A stretch of 64,000 bases of DNA from Candidatus Latescibacterota bacterium (GTDB lineage: Bacteria > Latescibacterota > UBA2968 > UBA8231). The position numbers and the translations under genes were made by a program. The DNA lies in NCBI GenBank assembly GCA_965203355.1, contig OZ241889.1:1696001-1760000 (forward strand), read 5' to 3'. This document shows positions 9,143 through 18,959 of this stretch, piece by piece; the first letter of the stretch is position 1, and every line of letters begins with the position of its first letter. The notes beneath the pieces were generated by a model that saw nothing but the letters and a program-made list of their open reading frames with translations, did not search any database and had not been told where the DNA came from.

Positions 9143-11434
9143 ATGGGCAAGTCATTGGTGGTTGTCGAGTCGCCAGCCAAGGCCAAGACGATCAACAAAA
9201 TTTTGGGCAAAGATTTTGTGGTCAAACCCTGTATGGGGCACGTGCGGGATCTGCCGCCGAAAGAGCTCGGCATCGACGTTAAAGACGGCTTCAAGCCGCG
9301 CTACGTGACCATTCGCGGCAAGGGCAAGGTCCTCAGCGATCTCCGCAAAGCAGCCCAAGCCGCCGACGCCACCTACTTGGCTACCGACCCCGATCGCGAA
9401 GGCGAAGCCATTGCCTGGCACGTGGCGCAAGCCATCTCCCACAAGAACGACAACGTCAAGCGAATTCTCTTCAACGAGATTACGCCCAAAGCGGTACACG
9501 AGTCGCTAGAGCGCTCGGGTGTGCTGGACCTCCACAAGGTCGATGCCCAACAAGCGCGGCGCGTACTCGACCGCTTAGTCGGCTACGAGATCAGTCCGCT
9601 CTTGTGGAAGGTCATACACGCTGGGCTCTCAGCCGGCCGAGTGCAGTCCGTAGCCGTGCGGTTAATCTGCGAGCGAGACCGCGAGATCAAGGCATTTGAG
9701 CCGCAGGAGTACTGGTCCATTGAGGCCCTTTTGGAGCGCGCGAGCCAGGGTTCGTTCTGGGCGCGTCTGTTGGCCAAAGACGGCGATAAGATCAATATCG
9801 GCAATCAGGACGAGGCCGATCGCATTGCCGCCGAGCTAGCCACGCAAGATATAGCGGTCAAAGAGGTCAAGGAACGGGACCAAGTGCGCCGACCGGCCCC
9901 GCCCTTCACGACCAGCACCTTGCAGCAGGAATGTGCTCGGCGGATGCGCTTTTCGGTCAAGCGCACCATGGCTGTAGCTCAGCAGCTATACGAAGGCATT
10001 GAGGTCGAGGGTGAAACCCGTGGCTTGATTACCTATATGCGCACGGATTCGGTGCGCGTTGCTGCCGACGCCATCGCCGAAGTGCGCGAGCAGATCGACG
10101 CCCTCTACGGCCGCGATTACGTGCCCGAGACGCCCAATCACTACCGGACCAAAAACAGCGCCCAAGACGCCCACGAGGCCATACGCCCTACCTCCGTAGC
10201 CCTGCATCCAGACAAAGTCGAGCACTTGCTCACGCCACATCAGGCGCGGGTGTACTCCCTAATCTGGAAGCGATTCGTGACCTCGCAGATGAAGCCGCAG
10301 GTTCTCAGCATCACGACAGCTAATATCGAGGCCGGACCCTACTTGCTTCGCGCTACCGGGAGCGTCGTCAAGTTTCCGGGCTTTACTCTGCTCTACAGCG
10401 AGAGCAAGGAAGAAGAGGATAAGCTGGAGGCCGCGTCCAATGGCAGGGCCGATAGGAAAGCAGAGGACGCGGCGCAGGCCATGCCCGCTGACATGGCCGC
10501 GGGCGAGGTGCTAAGGTTAGAGCAGATTGCTCCTGAACAGCACTTTACTAAGCCACCGCCGCGCTTTACGGAGGCGTCGCTCGTCAAGCAACTGGAATCC
10601 GAGGGCATTGGTCGTCCCTCGACCTACGCGCAAATCATTACAACCATCCTCGACCGCAAGTACGTCGAAAAGGTCGATAACCGCTACTTCGTGGCCACTG
10701 AGCGCGGCCAGACCGTCAACAAACTGCTCGTCGATACCTTTCCGCACCTCTTCAACGTAGCTTTCACAGCCAACATGGAGGATAAGCTCGATCAGATCGA
10801 AGATGGGGGCACCAACTGGGTGGAGATCGTGCAGCAGTTCTACGACTCGTGGAAGGGCGACTTAGACGCGGCCAATAGCCAGCGGAAAGAGCTGAAACGC
10901 GCGCTGCAAGAGGTGTCGGACGAGGATTGCGAGGAATGCGGGGCCGACATGGTCGTCAAGTGGGGTCGCAACGGTCGCTTCCTCGCGTGTTCTGGGTACC
11001 CCAAATGCAAAAACACCAAACCCCTCGAAGAGCAAAGTGAGGAGAAGACCGACGAGGTCTGCGATCAATGCAGTGCGCCTATGCTTGTCAAGATGGGTCG
11101 CTATGGCCGCTTCTTGGCTTGTAGCGGCTATCCAGATTGCAAAAACGTCAAGCCCTATGTGCTCGGAATCCAGTGCCCAGAGGACGGTTGCGAGGGGCAG
11201 ATTGTGGAGAAACGGTCGCGCAAAGGCAAGGTCTTCTTTGGTTGCATCAATTATCCCCAGTGCAAGTTTGCTAGCTGGGACCGCCCCATAGACCGCAAGT
11301 GCGTGCATTGCGACGCCGCCTTGCTCTACGAAAAGGGGAACCGCTCGGGTACTCCTGCCATATACTGCCGGATTTGCGGCACTGAGTACGAAAGCGAAGA
11401 GGGCGAAAAAGACAAAAGCGCCCAAGCTGCCTGA
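9143..11434 (+). CDS. topA: type I DNA topoisomerase
   Basis: VVVESPAKAKTI, ATDPDREGEAI, SAGRVQS, ITYMRTD, C-terminal zinc ribbons. Confidence 0.97.
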   Translation: MGKSLVVVESPAKAKTINKILGKDFVVKPCMGHVRDLPPKELGIDVKDGFKPRYVTIRGKGKVLSDLRKAAQAADATYLATDPDREGEAIAWHVAQAISHKNDNVKRILFNEITPKAVHESLERSGVLDLHKVDAQQARRVLDRLVGYEISPLLWKVIHAGLSAGRVQSVAVRLICERDREIKAFEPQEYWSIEALLERASQGSFWARLLAKDGDKINIGNQDEADRIAAELATQDIAVKEVKERDQVRRPAPPFTTSTLQQECARRMRFSVKRTMAVAQQLYEGIEVEGETRGLITYMRTDSVRVAADAIAEVREQIDALYGRDYVPETPNHYRTKNSAQDAHEAIRPTSVALHPDKVEHLLTPHQARVYSLIWKRFVTSQMKPQVLSITTANIEAGPYLLRATGSVVKFPGFTLLYSESKEEEDKLEAASNGRADRKAEDAAQAMPADMAAGEVLRLEQIAPEQHFTKPPPRFTEASLVKQLESEGIGRPSTYAQIITTILDRKYVEKVDNRYFVATERGQTVNKLLVDTFPHLFNVAFTANMEDKLDQIEDGGTNWVEIVQQFYDSWKGDLDAANSQRKELKRALQEVSDEDCEECGADMVVKWGRNGRFLACSGYPKCKNTKPLEEQSEEKTDEVCDQCSAPMLVKMGRYGRFLACSGYPDCKNVKPYVLGIQCPEDGCEGQIVEKRSRKGKVFFGCINYPQCKFASWDRPIDRKCVHCDAALLYEKGNRSGTPAIYCRICGTEYESEEGEKDKSAQAA

Positions 11435-11463
11435 GTATCCTTTCCTCCTTGGCTCGCGACGCC

Positions 11464-12420
11464 ATGGCCGATGCCCCGCAGAGCACCCTGCACCCCAGAT
11501 CTAGCCTTGAAGAGGGCATTGCCCGCTTCTTGGAATACTTGCACAAAGAGCGCAACTGCGCCGAGTACACCCTCAGTTCATATCGCTGTGACTTGCAGCA
11601 ATTCGCGCGCTTTCTCTATCCGCGAATCGATAATTTGCAACTGCCGTTGCGAATGGTGCAGCGCGAGCAGGTGCAGGCCTTTGTCGCCGATCTAGAGGAA
11701 AAGGGTCTTAAGGCCAGCACTGTTGCCCGCAAATTGGCGGCTCTGCGCTCGCTCTTCCGCTATCTGTGTCGCGAAGGTGCGCTCGCCGCCAACCCGGCGG
11801 GTGCGGTGGCATCGCCCTTGGTCGAGCGCGCATTGCCGCGGCACCTGCCCGTAGAACAAGTCGCCGAGGCCATGGAGGCGCCGGCGACCGAGCGGTTTAG
11901 CGGGGTGCGGGATCGGGCCATTTTAGAGATGTTCTATGGAGGGGGTATTCGCCTCGGGGAGTTGGTGGCACTCAATCTTTCGTCGCTGGATCGGGCCGAA
12001 GGCACGATCAAAGTGATGGGCAAGGGCCGCAAAGAGCGCATCGCTCCCATTGGCTCGAAGGCACAAGAGGCGCTCAAAGTATACCTGCAACGCCGCGCCG
12101 AGATCTTGCTCGAATGCGACATGTCCGAAGTGGAAGCCGGGGCCCTCTTCCTCAACGGGCGTGGCAAGCGCTTGAGTCGCCGCACCGTGCAGCGCATCGT
12201 CGAGCGCCATTTGCGCACCGTGTCGGCAGATGATTCGCTCAGCCCGCATCGTCTGCGCCACTCCTTTGCCGCCCATCTGCTCGACGCGGGTGCCGATTTA
12301 GTGGCTGTCAAAGAACTCCTCGGTCACGCGACCTTGGCCGCGACTCAGAGCTATACTGAAGTGAGCTTGGAGCACCTGCAAGCCATCTACGCCGAGGCCC
12401 ATCCGCACGGTGCTGATTAG
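11464..12420 (+). CDS. xerC: tyrosine recombinase XerC
   Basis: RDRAILE, GKGRKER, SPHRLRHSFA, LLGH...TQSY catalytic set; directly after topA. Confidence 0.85.
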   Translation: MADAPQSTLHPRSSLEEGIARFLEYLHKERNCAEYTLSSYRCDLQQFARFLYPRIDNLQLPLRMVQREQVQAFVADLEEKGLKASTVARKLAALRSLFRYLCREGALAANPAGAVASPLVERALPRHLPVEQVAEAMEAPATERFSGVRDRAILEMFYGGGIRLGELVALNLSSLDRAEGTIKVMGKGRKERIAPIGSKAQEALKVYLQRRAEILLECDMSEVEAGALFLNGRGKRLSRRTVQRIVERHLRTVSADDSLSPHRLRHSFAAHLLDAGADLVAVKELLGHATLAATQSYTEVSLEHLQAIYAEAHPHGAD

Positions 12421-13972
12421 CATCTTGGTCGCCCTGTTGTTGGGCTGTGCCAAAGTCGGCCCCCCCGCCGGAGGGCCGGTGGACAAAGAGCCGCCCCGCA
12501 TTCTGTCTCACTACCCGGAGAGCGACGCCTTGGAAGTGGCGCGGGATACCGAGGTAGAAATCGTCTTCAGCGAACCCATGAACCGCGAGCAGACCGAGGC
12601 CGCTCTTTTCACCGCGCCGGTCGGGTCGCTGCAACTATCGTGGCACGGTCCACGCCTGCGCCTGGCGATGCCCTTGGCCGAAGAGCGGACTTATGTGTTG
12701 ACTGTGGGTACCGGGGCGCGGGATTTGCGGGGCAATGCGTTGACAAAATCCTTTACCTTAGCTTTTGCCACCGGCTCGCAGCTCGACCAAGGTTTAGTGC
12801 GGGGCCGGGTGTACCAAGAGCATCAACCCGTGGCTGGTGCCCATGTTTGGGCCTATGATTTGGGAACCTTTAGCGGGGCGGTAGGATTGGACGAACCATC
12901 CTATCAGACGCAGAGCGGTACCGACGGGGGATACGAGTTTATCCGCCTTGCGCCGGGTCCCTATCGGGTGCTGGCCTTTAAGGATGCAAATCGCAACGCC
13001 CGGCCAGACGCCGACGAGTGGTTGGCCCTGCCGTCGGCCTCGGTGGAAGTGGGAGAGGAAACAGTGCGAGCGGGTGATTTAGCACTCGCCCGTCAGCCGA
13101 TGCCGATGCCCGTGCTCAAGCGGGTCCAGGCCATACACGCCGAACGGCTGATGTTGCTTTTTGCCGAGGCTGTGGATCTACGAGAATTAGAATTGGAAGT
13201 CCTCGGGCTGGCGGTGGAATCGCGGTATGCGGCCCCAAGTGCTGAGGAGAAAATTTACGTCGAGACGGCAACGCAAGATCCAGGTCGGCCCTATGCTGTA
13301 CAGCTTGCGTTCGCTGGTGCGCCCGTGCCGGGGGACGCGGCGGTGCGCGGCAGTGCACGCCCGGACCGCAAGCCGCCCTCTTTCGTCGGGCTGGCGCGGA
13401 ATCGACTGGCCCCAAGAGACGCGCTGGATTTGCTTTTTTCCGAAGCCATGCAGCCGGCCGCGTTGGCCGGGGTTTGGATGGCGAGCGATTCGACGCAAGT
13501 ATTAGGCGGGGATTGGCTGTGGCCAGCACCCAACCGCGCCCGCTTTGCACCCGCCGAACCGCTGGCACCGGGTGCGTATCGGCTCGCAGGGTCGGCTGTG
13601 CAGTTCGTGGACCGGGCCGGCAATGGCCTTGCCGACAGCCTGTTGACGCTTTCTTTTACCGTTGGCGCGGAGACGGCGGCGATTCGCGGGCAAGTGCAGG
13701 CGAGGGAAGAAGGTCGCGTCCAAATAGCGGCCATCAACGAGGATGAGCGAACGTACACCGAGTGGGCGGACGAAGAGGGGCGATTTGAGCTAAATGGTCT
13801 GCTGGCCGGTACCTATTGGCTGTGGTCGTTTGTAGATCGCGATGGCGATGGCGAGTACAGCAGCGGCTCACTCAGCCCCTTTCGCTATTCCGAGCCTTAT
13901 GGACGCTACGGCGAGCCGATTGACCTAGATGAGGACCAAATCGTCGAAGAGGTAGATATCCCATGCCACTGA
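12410..13972 (+). CDS. lipoprotein with Ig-like (Big_5) and carboxypeptidase-regulatory-like domains
   Basis: Lipobox LLGC, CAKVGPPAGGPVDKEPP, FSEPM, DLRGN motifs, DxDxDG loops. Confidence 0.75.
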   Translation: MLISILVALLLGCAKVGPPAGGPVDKEPPRILSHYPESDALEVARDTEVEIVFSEPMNREQTEAALFTAPVGSLQLSWHGPRLRLAMPLAEERTYVLTVGTGARDLRGNALTKSFTLAFATGSQLDQGLVRGRVYQEHQPVAGAHVWAYDLGTFSGAVGLDEPSYQTQSGTDGGYEFIRLAPGPYRVLAFKDANRNARPDADEWLALPSASVEVGEETVRAGDLALARQPMPMPVLKRVQAIHAERLMLLFAEAVDLRELELEVLGLAVESRYAAPSAEEKIYVETATQDPGRPYAVQLAFAGAPVPGDAAVRGSARPDRKPPSFVGLARNRLAPRDALDLLFSEAMQPAALAGVWMASDSTQVLGGDWLWPAPNRARFAPAEPLAPGAYRLAGSAVQFVDRAGNGLADSLLTLSFTVGAETAAIRGQVQAREEGRVQIAAINEDERTYTEWADEEGRFELNGLLAGTYWLWSFVDRDGDGEYSSGSLSPFRYSEPYGRYGEPIDLDEDQIVEEVDIPCH

Positions 13973-14319
13973 GACTGATCGAGTTGACGTTTTTGGTGCT
14001 GGTGCTCATAGGTTTAGGGGTTGTGCATTTTTCTCGCTTGACCCCACATGAGCGCGCCCTGATCCAAATGGAGGTGTGCTTGGAGCAGCTATACCTGTTC
14101 GAAAAGGCCTATTTTGCCAAGCATGGTCGCTACTTCGACCCGAATGACAAGAGAATTCGGCGCGCTTGGTGGCAGATAGAGGGCTATACTTGGGAGTTCT
14201 GGCCTATGAGCACAGGATTCTGGTTAGTAGTACGGGCCGATTTGGATGGGGACGGTCAGCTTGGGGCTTGGACTGTAGATGCTGTACGTTCACAAGTGAA
14301 GATCCTGAACCAAGACTGA
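13963..14319 (+). CDS. pilin-like small protein (degenerate type IV pilin)
   Basis: LIEL plus hydrophobic helix, EKAYFAKHGRY, ADLDGDG..W; no GF cleavage site. Confidence 0.55.
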   Translation: MPLRLIELTFLVLVLIGLGVVHFSRLTPHERALIQMEVCLEQLYLFEKAYFAKHGRYFDPNDKRIRRAWWQIEGYTWEFWPMSTGFWLVVRADLDGDGQLGAWTVDAVRSQVKILNQD

Positions 14320-14332
14320 GCACACAGACTTG

Positions 14333-15124
14333 TCAGACGGCGATCTCCATGGGGATGGAGGGGTGCGGGTGGTAGTTGAGCAGTTTGAAGTCGTCGTAAC
14401 GGAAGTCGGAAATCGACTGGCCGCGGTTTTTAATGGTCATAACCGGCAGTGGCCGGGGGGTGCGGGCGAGTTGTTGTCGCAGTGCGGCGACGTGGTTCTG
14501 ATAGATGTGGACATCGCCGCCGGTCCAGACGAATTCCCCGGGCTGCAAGCCGCAGACTTGGGCCACCATCATGGTCAGCAGGCTGTAGCTGGCGATGTTG
14601 AACGGCACGCCAAGCCCCACGTCGCAAGAGCGTTGATAGAGCTGGCAGGAAAGCCGACCGCGTGCGACGAAAAACTGGAACAGGCAGTGGCAGGGCATGA
14701 GGGCCATTTGTTCCAGCTCGCCGACGTTCCACGCGCTGACGAGGATGCGGCGCGAATCGGGATTGGTCTTAAGCAGGTCAATGGCGCGTTGGATTTGGTC
14801 GATGGGGCCTTCTGGGGTTGCCCACGTGCGCCACTGCTTGCCGTAGATGGGGCCGAGGTCGCCGTTTTCGTCGGCCCACTCGTCCCAGATGCCGACCTTT
14901 TTCTGTTGCAAATAGGCTGTGTTGGTGTCGCCTTTGAGAAACCACAAGAGTTCGTGGATGATGGAGCGCAAATGCAGTTTCTTAGTGGTCAAGCAGGGGA
15001 ACCCGTCCGCGAGATCAAAGCGTGTCTGATAGCCAAAGACGGCGAGGGTGCCGACGCCCGTGCGGTCGTCTTTGGCCTCGCCGTGGTCGAGGCAATGGCT
15101 TACTAGGTCGAGGTATTGTCGCAT
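14333..15124 (-). CDS. thyA: thymidylate synthase
   Basis: [51 protein letters not shown]. Confidence 0.97.
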   Translation of the reverse strand: MRQYLDLVSHCLDHGEAKDDRTGVGTLAVFGYQTRFDLADGFPCLTTKKLHLRSIIHELLWFLKGDTNTAYLQQKKVGIWDEWADENGDLGPIYGKQWRTWATPEGPIDQIQRAIDLLKTNPDSRRILVSAWNVGELEQMALMPCHCLFQFFVARGRLSCQLYQRSCDVGLGVPFNIASYSLLTMMVAQVCGLQPGEFVWTGGDVHIYQNHVAALRQQLARTPRPLPVMTIKNRGQSISDFRYDDFKLLNYHPHPSIPMEIAV

Positions 15125-15298
15125 TGTGAAATGCTCGCGAGCGTAGCTGAACGCAAAGCTGGCGTGATGCTCTTTTATTTTCATAAGTTTTTTGCCTCGT
15201 GTCAAAGGCATTTGCGTGGTCGGCGGTGCTCGTACCGTAGGCGAGGAGTGGGCACAATGCTAACTCGTTTTTGGCGGCGCAATCAGGCGACGGGTAGG

Positions 15299-15327
15299 TT
15301 GACAGAAACATGCCCGCCGCGTACTTT
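15299..15327 (+). promoter_or_regulatory. sigma70-type promoter of tRNA-Cys/Leu
   Basis: TTGACA-17 nt-TACTTT. Confidence 0.65.
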
Positions 15328-15342
15328 CAAATCCCTATTTGA

Positions 15343-15416
15343 GGCGACGTGGCCAAGTGGTAAGGCAGGGGCCTGCAAAGCTCTTATCCCCGGTTCGATT
15401 CCGGGCGTCGCCTCCA
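15343..15416 (+). tRNA. tRNA-Cys (GCA)
   Basis: Cloverleaf GGCGACG...CGTCGCC-T-CCA, anticodon loop CTGCAAA, GGTTCGATTCC. Confidence 0.95.
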
Positions 15417-15431
15417 TTTTTTTGTCTATGC

Positions 15432-15519
15432 GCCGGGGTGGCGGAATTGGTAGACGCGGTGGACTTAAAATCCACTGTCCGCTTAGGACGTGCCGGTTCG
15501 AGTCCGGCCCTCGGCACCA
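15432..15519 (+). tRNA. tRNA-Leu (TAA)
   Basis: GCCGGGGTGGCGGAATTGGTAGACG, anticodon loop CTTAAAA, long variable arm, CCA end. Confidence 0.95.
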
Positions 15520-15702
15520 CGAACTAGCCCCCTGATCCAGCAATTCCCGTGCGAATGTACCCACGAGGGGCGGTCGGCGTGATGACCCCGGCGCACCCGC
15601 AGCGCCGCTTGTTGACCGCGCTAAAAGCGGCATTGACCAAGAGGTCGCGCTGCGCTGGGAAAGGTCGCAGCCGGTCTCAGAACTGATATAAGGAAGGTAC
15701 CC

Positions 15703-16758
15703 ATGCCCACCAACAGCTCCTACGCATTGCGCGCCGTTCCCGGCTTGTACGCCAGCAAGCCGGGCATCCAAGTCGCCGTCCAGACCTCGCACAAAGCCAG
15801 CGACGAGGACCTGCAATTCTTCCAACAACTCGGCGTCGAATGGGTCATGCTTGGGATTGACGACCCGGCGTTGCACAGCGTCGAACACTACAAGCAGTTC
15901 GCGGCGCGCTTTGCCGCCTATGGCTTACAGATATATCGCATCGCCAATCACGCGGTCCACAACGTCCCGGAGATTACGCTCAATCTGCCCGGTCGCGACG
16001 AAAAAGTCGAAGAACTGATTCGGTTCATCCGCGACCTGGGTGCCGCTGGCATCCGCTACCACACGTACGCCCACATGGGCAACGGCATCTGGAGTACCGG
16101 CCGCACCACGCGCCGCGGCGGCATGAGCGCACGAACCCTCGACATCAAAAACGCCACAGGTCGCTGGGGTAGCGAAACCTTTGCCGGCGACTTGACGCAC
16201 GATCGCGCCTATACAGAAGACGAGTTGTGGGCAAACTACGAGTACATGATCCGCAAGGTGGCTCCCGTCGCCGAGGAAGCTGGGGTCTATATCGGCATCC
16301 ATCCTGACGACCCGCCGGTCTATGCGCTAGGCGGAATACCGCGCTGCATCTTCGGCAACTTCGCTGGATACAAGCGGGCGCTGGACCTCGCCGACAGCCC
16401 CAATATCGGCGTCTGTCTGTGCGTCGGCTGCTGGTTGGAGGGTGGCAAGCAGGGCATGGGGGCGTCGGTCGAAGAGGCGATATACTACTTTGGTGCGCGC
16501 AAAAAGCTCTTCAAAATTCACTTCCGCAATGTCTCCAATCCCATGCCCGATCCGTGGACCGAAACCCTAATGGACGACGGCTATCAGGACATGCACCGCG
16601 TGATGCAGGCTCTACGCGCTGTCGAGTTCGATGGAGCCATCATCCCCGACCACATTCCCGATATGCTCGGCGGAAGTCGCGTGGGCACCGCGTACTCCAT
16701 CGCCTACATGCGGGCGTTGGTGCAAGCGGTCAACAACGAAAGCGGCGGTCCGGCCTAG
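15703..16758 (+). CDS. mannonate dehydratase (UxuA-like) family protein
   Basis: VAPVAEEAGVYIGIHPDDPP, IHFRNV, IPDHIP motifs. Confidence 0.8.
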   Translation: MPTNSSYALRAVPGLYASKPGIQVAVQTSHKASDEDLQFFQQLGVEWVMLGIDDPALHSVEHYKQFAARFAAYGLQIYRIANHAVHNVPEITLNLPGRDEKVEELIRFIRDLGAAGIRYHTYAHMGNGIWSTGRTTRRGGMSARTLDIKNATGRWGSETFAGDLTHDRAYTEDELWANYEYMIRKVAPVAEEAGVYIGIHPDDPPVYALGGIPRCIFGNFAGYKRALDLADSPNIGVCLCVGCWLEGGKQGMGASVEEAIYYFGARKKLFKIHFRNVSNPMPDPWTETLMDDGYQDMHRVMQALRAVEFDGAIIPDHIPDMLGGSRVGTAYSIAYMRALVQAVNNESGGPA

Positions 16759-16834
16759 CCGTGCGGCGCGTTGACTTTGCGCGCAATTGCCCCTAATATC
16801 TTTGAGTGCCTCGCAGCCTCTTTGGTTTGGCGAT

Positions 16835-16911
16835 GTGCCCATAGCTCAGTTGGATAGAGCATCTGCCTTCTAAGCAGACGGTCGTAGGTTCGAGTCCTAC
16901 TGGGCACACCA
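16835..16911 (+). tRNA. tRNA-Arg (TCT)
   Basis: GTGCCCATAGCTCAGTTGGATAGAGC, anticodon loop CTTCTAA, CCA end; upstream TTGACT-17-TAATAT promoter. Confidence 0.95.
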
Positions 16912-16931
16912 TGCAGTCCTCAAGACCTAGT

Positions 16932-17009
16932 GGTGGGTGTAGCTCAGTTGGTTAGAGCGCCAGGTTGTGGCCCTGGAGGGCGCGGGTTCAACTCCCGTCA
17001 TCCACCCCA
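16932..17009 (+). tRNA. tRNA-His (GTG)
   Basis: G-1 plus GTGGGTG acceptor stem, anticodon loop TTGTGGC, C discriminator, CCA. Confidence 0.93.
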
Positions 17010-17030
17010 TCTTTCGCCATGTAGTCGCCC

Positions 17031-17519
17031 TTGGCCGATCCCGCCAAAATCATTACCCGCGACCAGTTGCTCGCCATCCGTAGTCAATTAAAAGAAGCGC
17101 GGCAGACCTTCGTCTTCACCAATGGATGTTTCGACTTGCTGCATCGCGGGCACGTCGAATACTTGCGCATGGCACGCGCCTTGGGCGATTGTCTCGCGGT
17201 GGGATTAAACGATGACGATGGAGTCCGCGCCCTCAAGGGGCGGGGTCGCCCCTTGTGCCCGCAAGACGATCGCGCCGCCGTGTTGGCGGCCTTAGCCTGC
17301 GTTTCGCACGTGTGCATCTTTTCGGGTGAGAGCGTCGAGAGTCTGGTGGCTGTGCTTGCGCCCGATGTCTTGGTCAAGGGTGGCGATTATGTCCCGGCCG
17401 CCATTGTCGGCCGCGAACACGTCGAAACGCACGGCGGCCAGGTTTGCGCCCTGCCGCGGTGGCCAGGCCTTTCCACCACCCAATTAATTGAGCGTATCAA
17501 GGTGCTACCCAGCGCGTGA
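17031..17519 (+). CDS. rfaE2: D-glycero-beta-D-manno-heptose 1-phosphate adenylyltransferase (standalone RfaE domain II)
   Basis: FTNGCFDLLHRGHV, PDVLVKGGDY, STT. Confidence 0.88.
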   Translation: MADPAKIITRDQLLAIRSQLKEARQTFVFTNGCFDLLHRGHVEYLRMARALGDCLAVGLNDDDGVRALKGRGRPLCPQDDRAAVLAALACVSHVCIFSGESVESLVAVLAPDVLVKGGDYVPAAIVGREHVETHGGQVCALPRWPGLSTTQLIERIKVLPSA

Positions 17520-17605
17520 CGCCCCTTGCTCCCATTTGGTTTGGGAGGGGGATTATGCTATATTTCGTCAACGATGATTCACTTGTGTTTCCGATTAAAA
17601 GGGCG

Positions 17606-18337
17606 ATGAAAAGCGCGAAAAGCGCACTGGCGTTGGTCTTGGGGCTTGGGGCTTGTGCTGCGCCGCCTGTGCCGCTGCCTGCCAAACAATCCCTCGTCCA
17701 GCGGGCCGAGGTCCAGCCAGAGGAAAGCGACGCATTTCAGTCTCTCGAACGCGCTGTTGCGGCTGCGTACGAGCGCGAACAAGCCATGGCCGAGCGCGTA
17801 CGCCAGCTAGAGGCATCCAACAATCAGTTGCGGCAAGCCCTCAGAACCCTCCAAAGCGAGAGCCGCGTCCTAAGTGCGCGACTGGATTCTTTGCCGCGCC
17901 CCGCCGCCAGCACTAGCCGCGGCGTTCCGCAGGTTGGGGCGACAGCCGACAGCCGCAAAAACGATGCGTTCAACATGTACCAAGGTGCGCTCTACTACTA
18001 TCGCCAAAAACAATACGACCGCGCCTTGGCCGAGTTTGACCGCTTGTTGCAGGAAACACCCATGAGCGAATGGTCTGATAACGCCCAATATTGGAAAGGC
18101 GAGTGCTACTACGGGCTGAACCAATACCAGCAGTCGCTGATCGAATTCACCAAGGTGTTTGCCTTCAGCAACACGGACAAAGCCGACGACTCCCAGCTAA
18201 AAATTGCCCGCTGTCACCTCGCTTTGGGCGCGCGCGACCGGGCGCTTGCGGCCTTGCGCAAGCTGGTCGATGAGTATCCAGACAGCGAATACGTGCCCGC
18301 GGCCCTCGAACAGATAAAACACCTCGGCGATCAATGA
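17606..18337 (+). CDS. cpoB: Tol-Pal associated CpoB/YbgF-like lipoprotein
   Basis: Lipobox LGAC, coiled coil, DNAQYWKGECYY, KADDSQLKIA TPRs. Confidence 0.78.
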   Translation: MKSAKSALALVLGLGACAAPPVPLPAKQSLVQRAEVQPEESDAFQSLERAVAAAYEREQAMAERVRQLEASNNQLRQALRTLQSESRVLSARLDSLPRPAASTSRGVPQVGATADSRKNDAFNMYQGALYYYRQKQYDRALAEFDRLLQETPMSEWSDNAQYWKGECYYGLNQYQQSLIEFTKVFAFSNTDKADDSQLKIARCHLALGARDRALAALRKLVDEYPDSEYVPAALEQIKHLGDQ

Positions 18338-18957
18338 AAACGATCTCGCTGCGAATTTGTTATCGCCTTTGGGCCGCGCTGACGATCGGTGCCACCGCGT
18401 TGGCTGCCGTTCCTTTTCCCACCAATATGGACTTGTTGGTCGAGACCGTGGCGAGTGCGGTTGACGAGAGTTTGCGGCGCGTTGAAATGCCAGACGACGC
18501 TGCGTCGGCGCCCTTGTTGGTCGTGGCGCAGAGCAAGCACGACGCCAACTGGATGGTCGAACACCTATTGGCCAATCGGCTGTTGACGCGCGGCTTTAGC
18601 GTGACCTTGGATTCGACCGCGGTCCAACCGACGAGTATGCGCCTGTCCTACCGAGTGCTCGACTTGGGCATCTCCGCGTACTCGGGCCTGCGCGGTAGCG
18701 AGGTCAGTCGCCAAGGCCAGGTAACGCTCGCCCTTCGCTTGAGCGACGAGCGCGACGACGTGGTCCGCTGGCAGGACGAAATCACTCGTACGCAGCGCGA
18801 CCGGATCCCCAAAAAGCAGCTAGACCTACTCCAGCACGATCAATTCAAATTCGCCAAGACCGAGCTAGAGGAACAAACGTGGAGCAAGTTCGTCGAACCT
18901 GTGATTGTCTCCACCGTGCTCGGTGGGCTTATCTATTTGTTCTTTTCTAATCGCTAG
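18334..18957 (+). CDS. hypothetical exported/membrane protein
   Basis: Coupled ORF in operon; signal peptide and C-terminal TM (VEPVIVSTVLGGLIYLFFSNR). Confidence 0.7.
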   Translation: MKTISLRICYRLWAALTIGATALAAVPFPTNMDLLVETVASAVDESLRRVEMPDDAASAPLLVVAQSKHDANWMVEHLLANRLLTRGFSVTLDSTAVQPTSMRLSYRVLDLGISAYSGLRGSEVSRQGQVTLALRLSDERDDVVRWQDEITRTQRDRIPKKQLDLLQHDQFKFAKTELEEQTWSKFVEPVIVSTVLGGLIYLFFSNR

Positions 18958-18959
18958 CT

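Noticed and set aside
11464-12420. Phage or island integrase
   Set aside because: Size, motifs and position after topA fit chromosomal XerC; no att sites or cargo
14330-15106. 258-aa ORF antisense to thyA, and similar long shadow ORFs (21915-22991, 37145-38041, 38941-39837, 52574-53797)
   Set aside because: They overlap well-supported genes, have no motifs, and are expected in high-GC DNA
15520-16834. tRNA-targeted genomic island carrying the mannonate dehydratase
   Set aside because: No duplicated tRNA 3' end, no integrase, composition like the rest of the window
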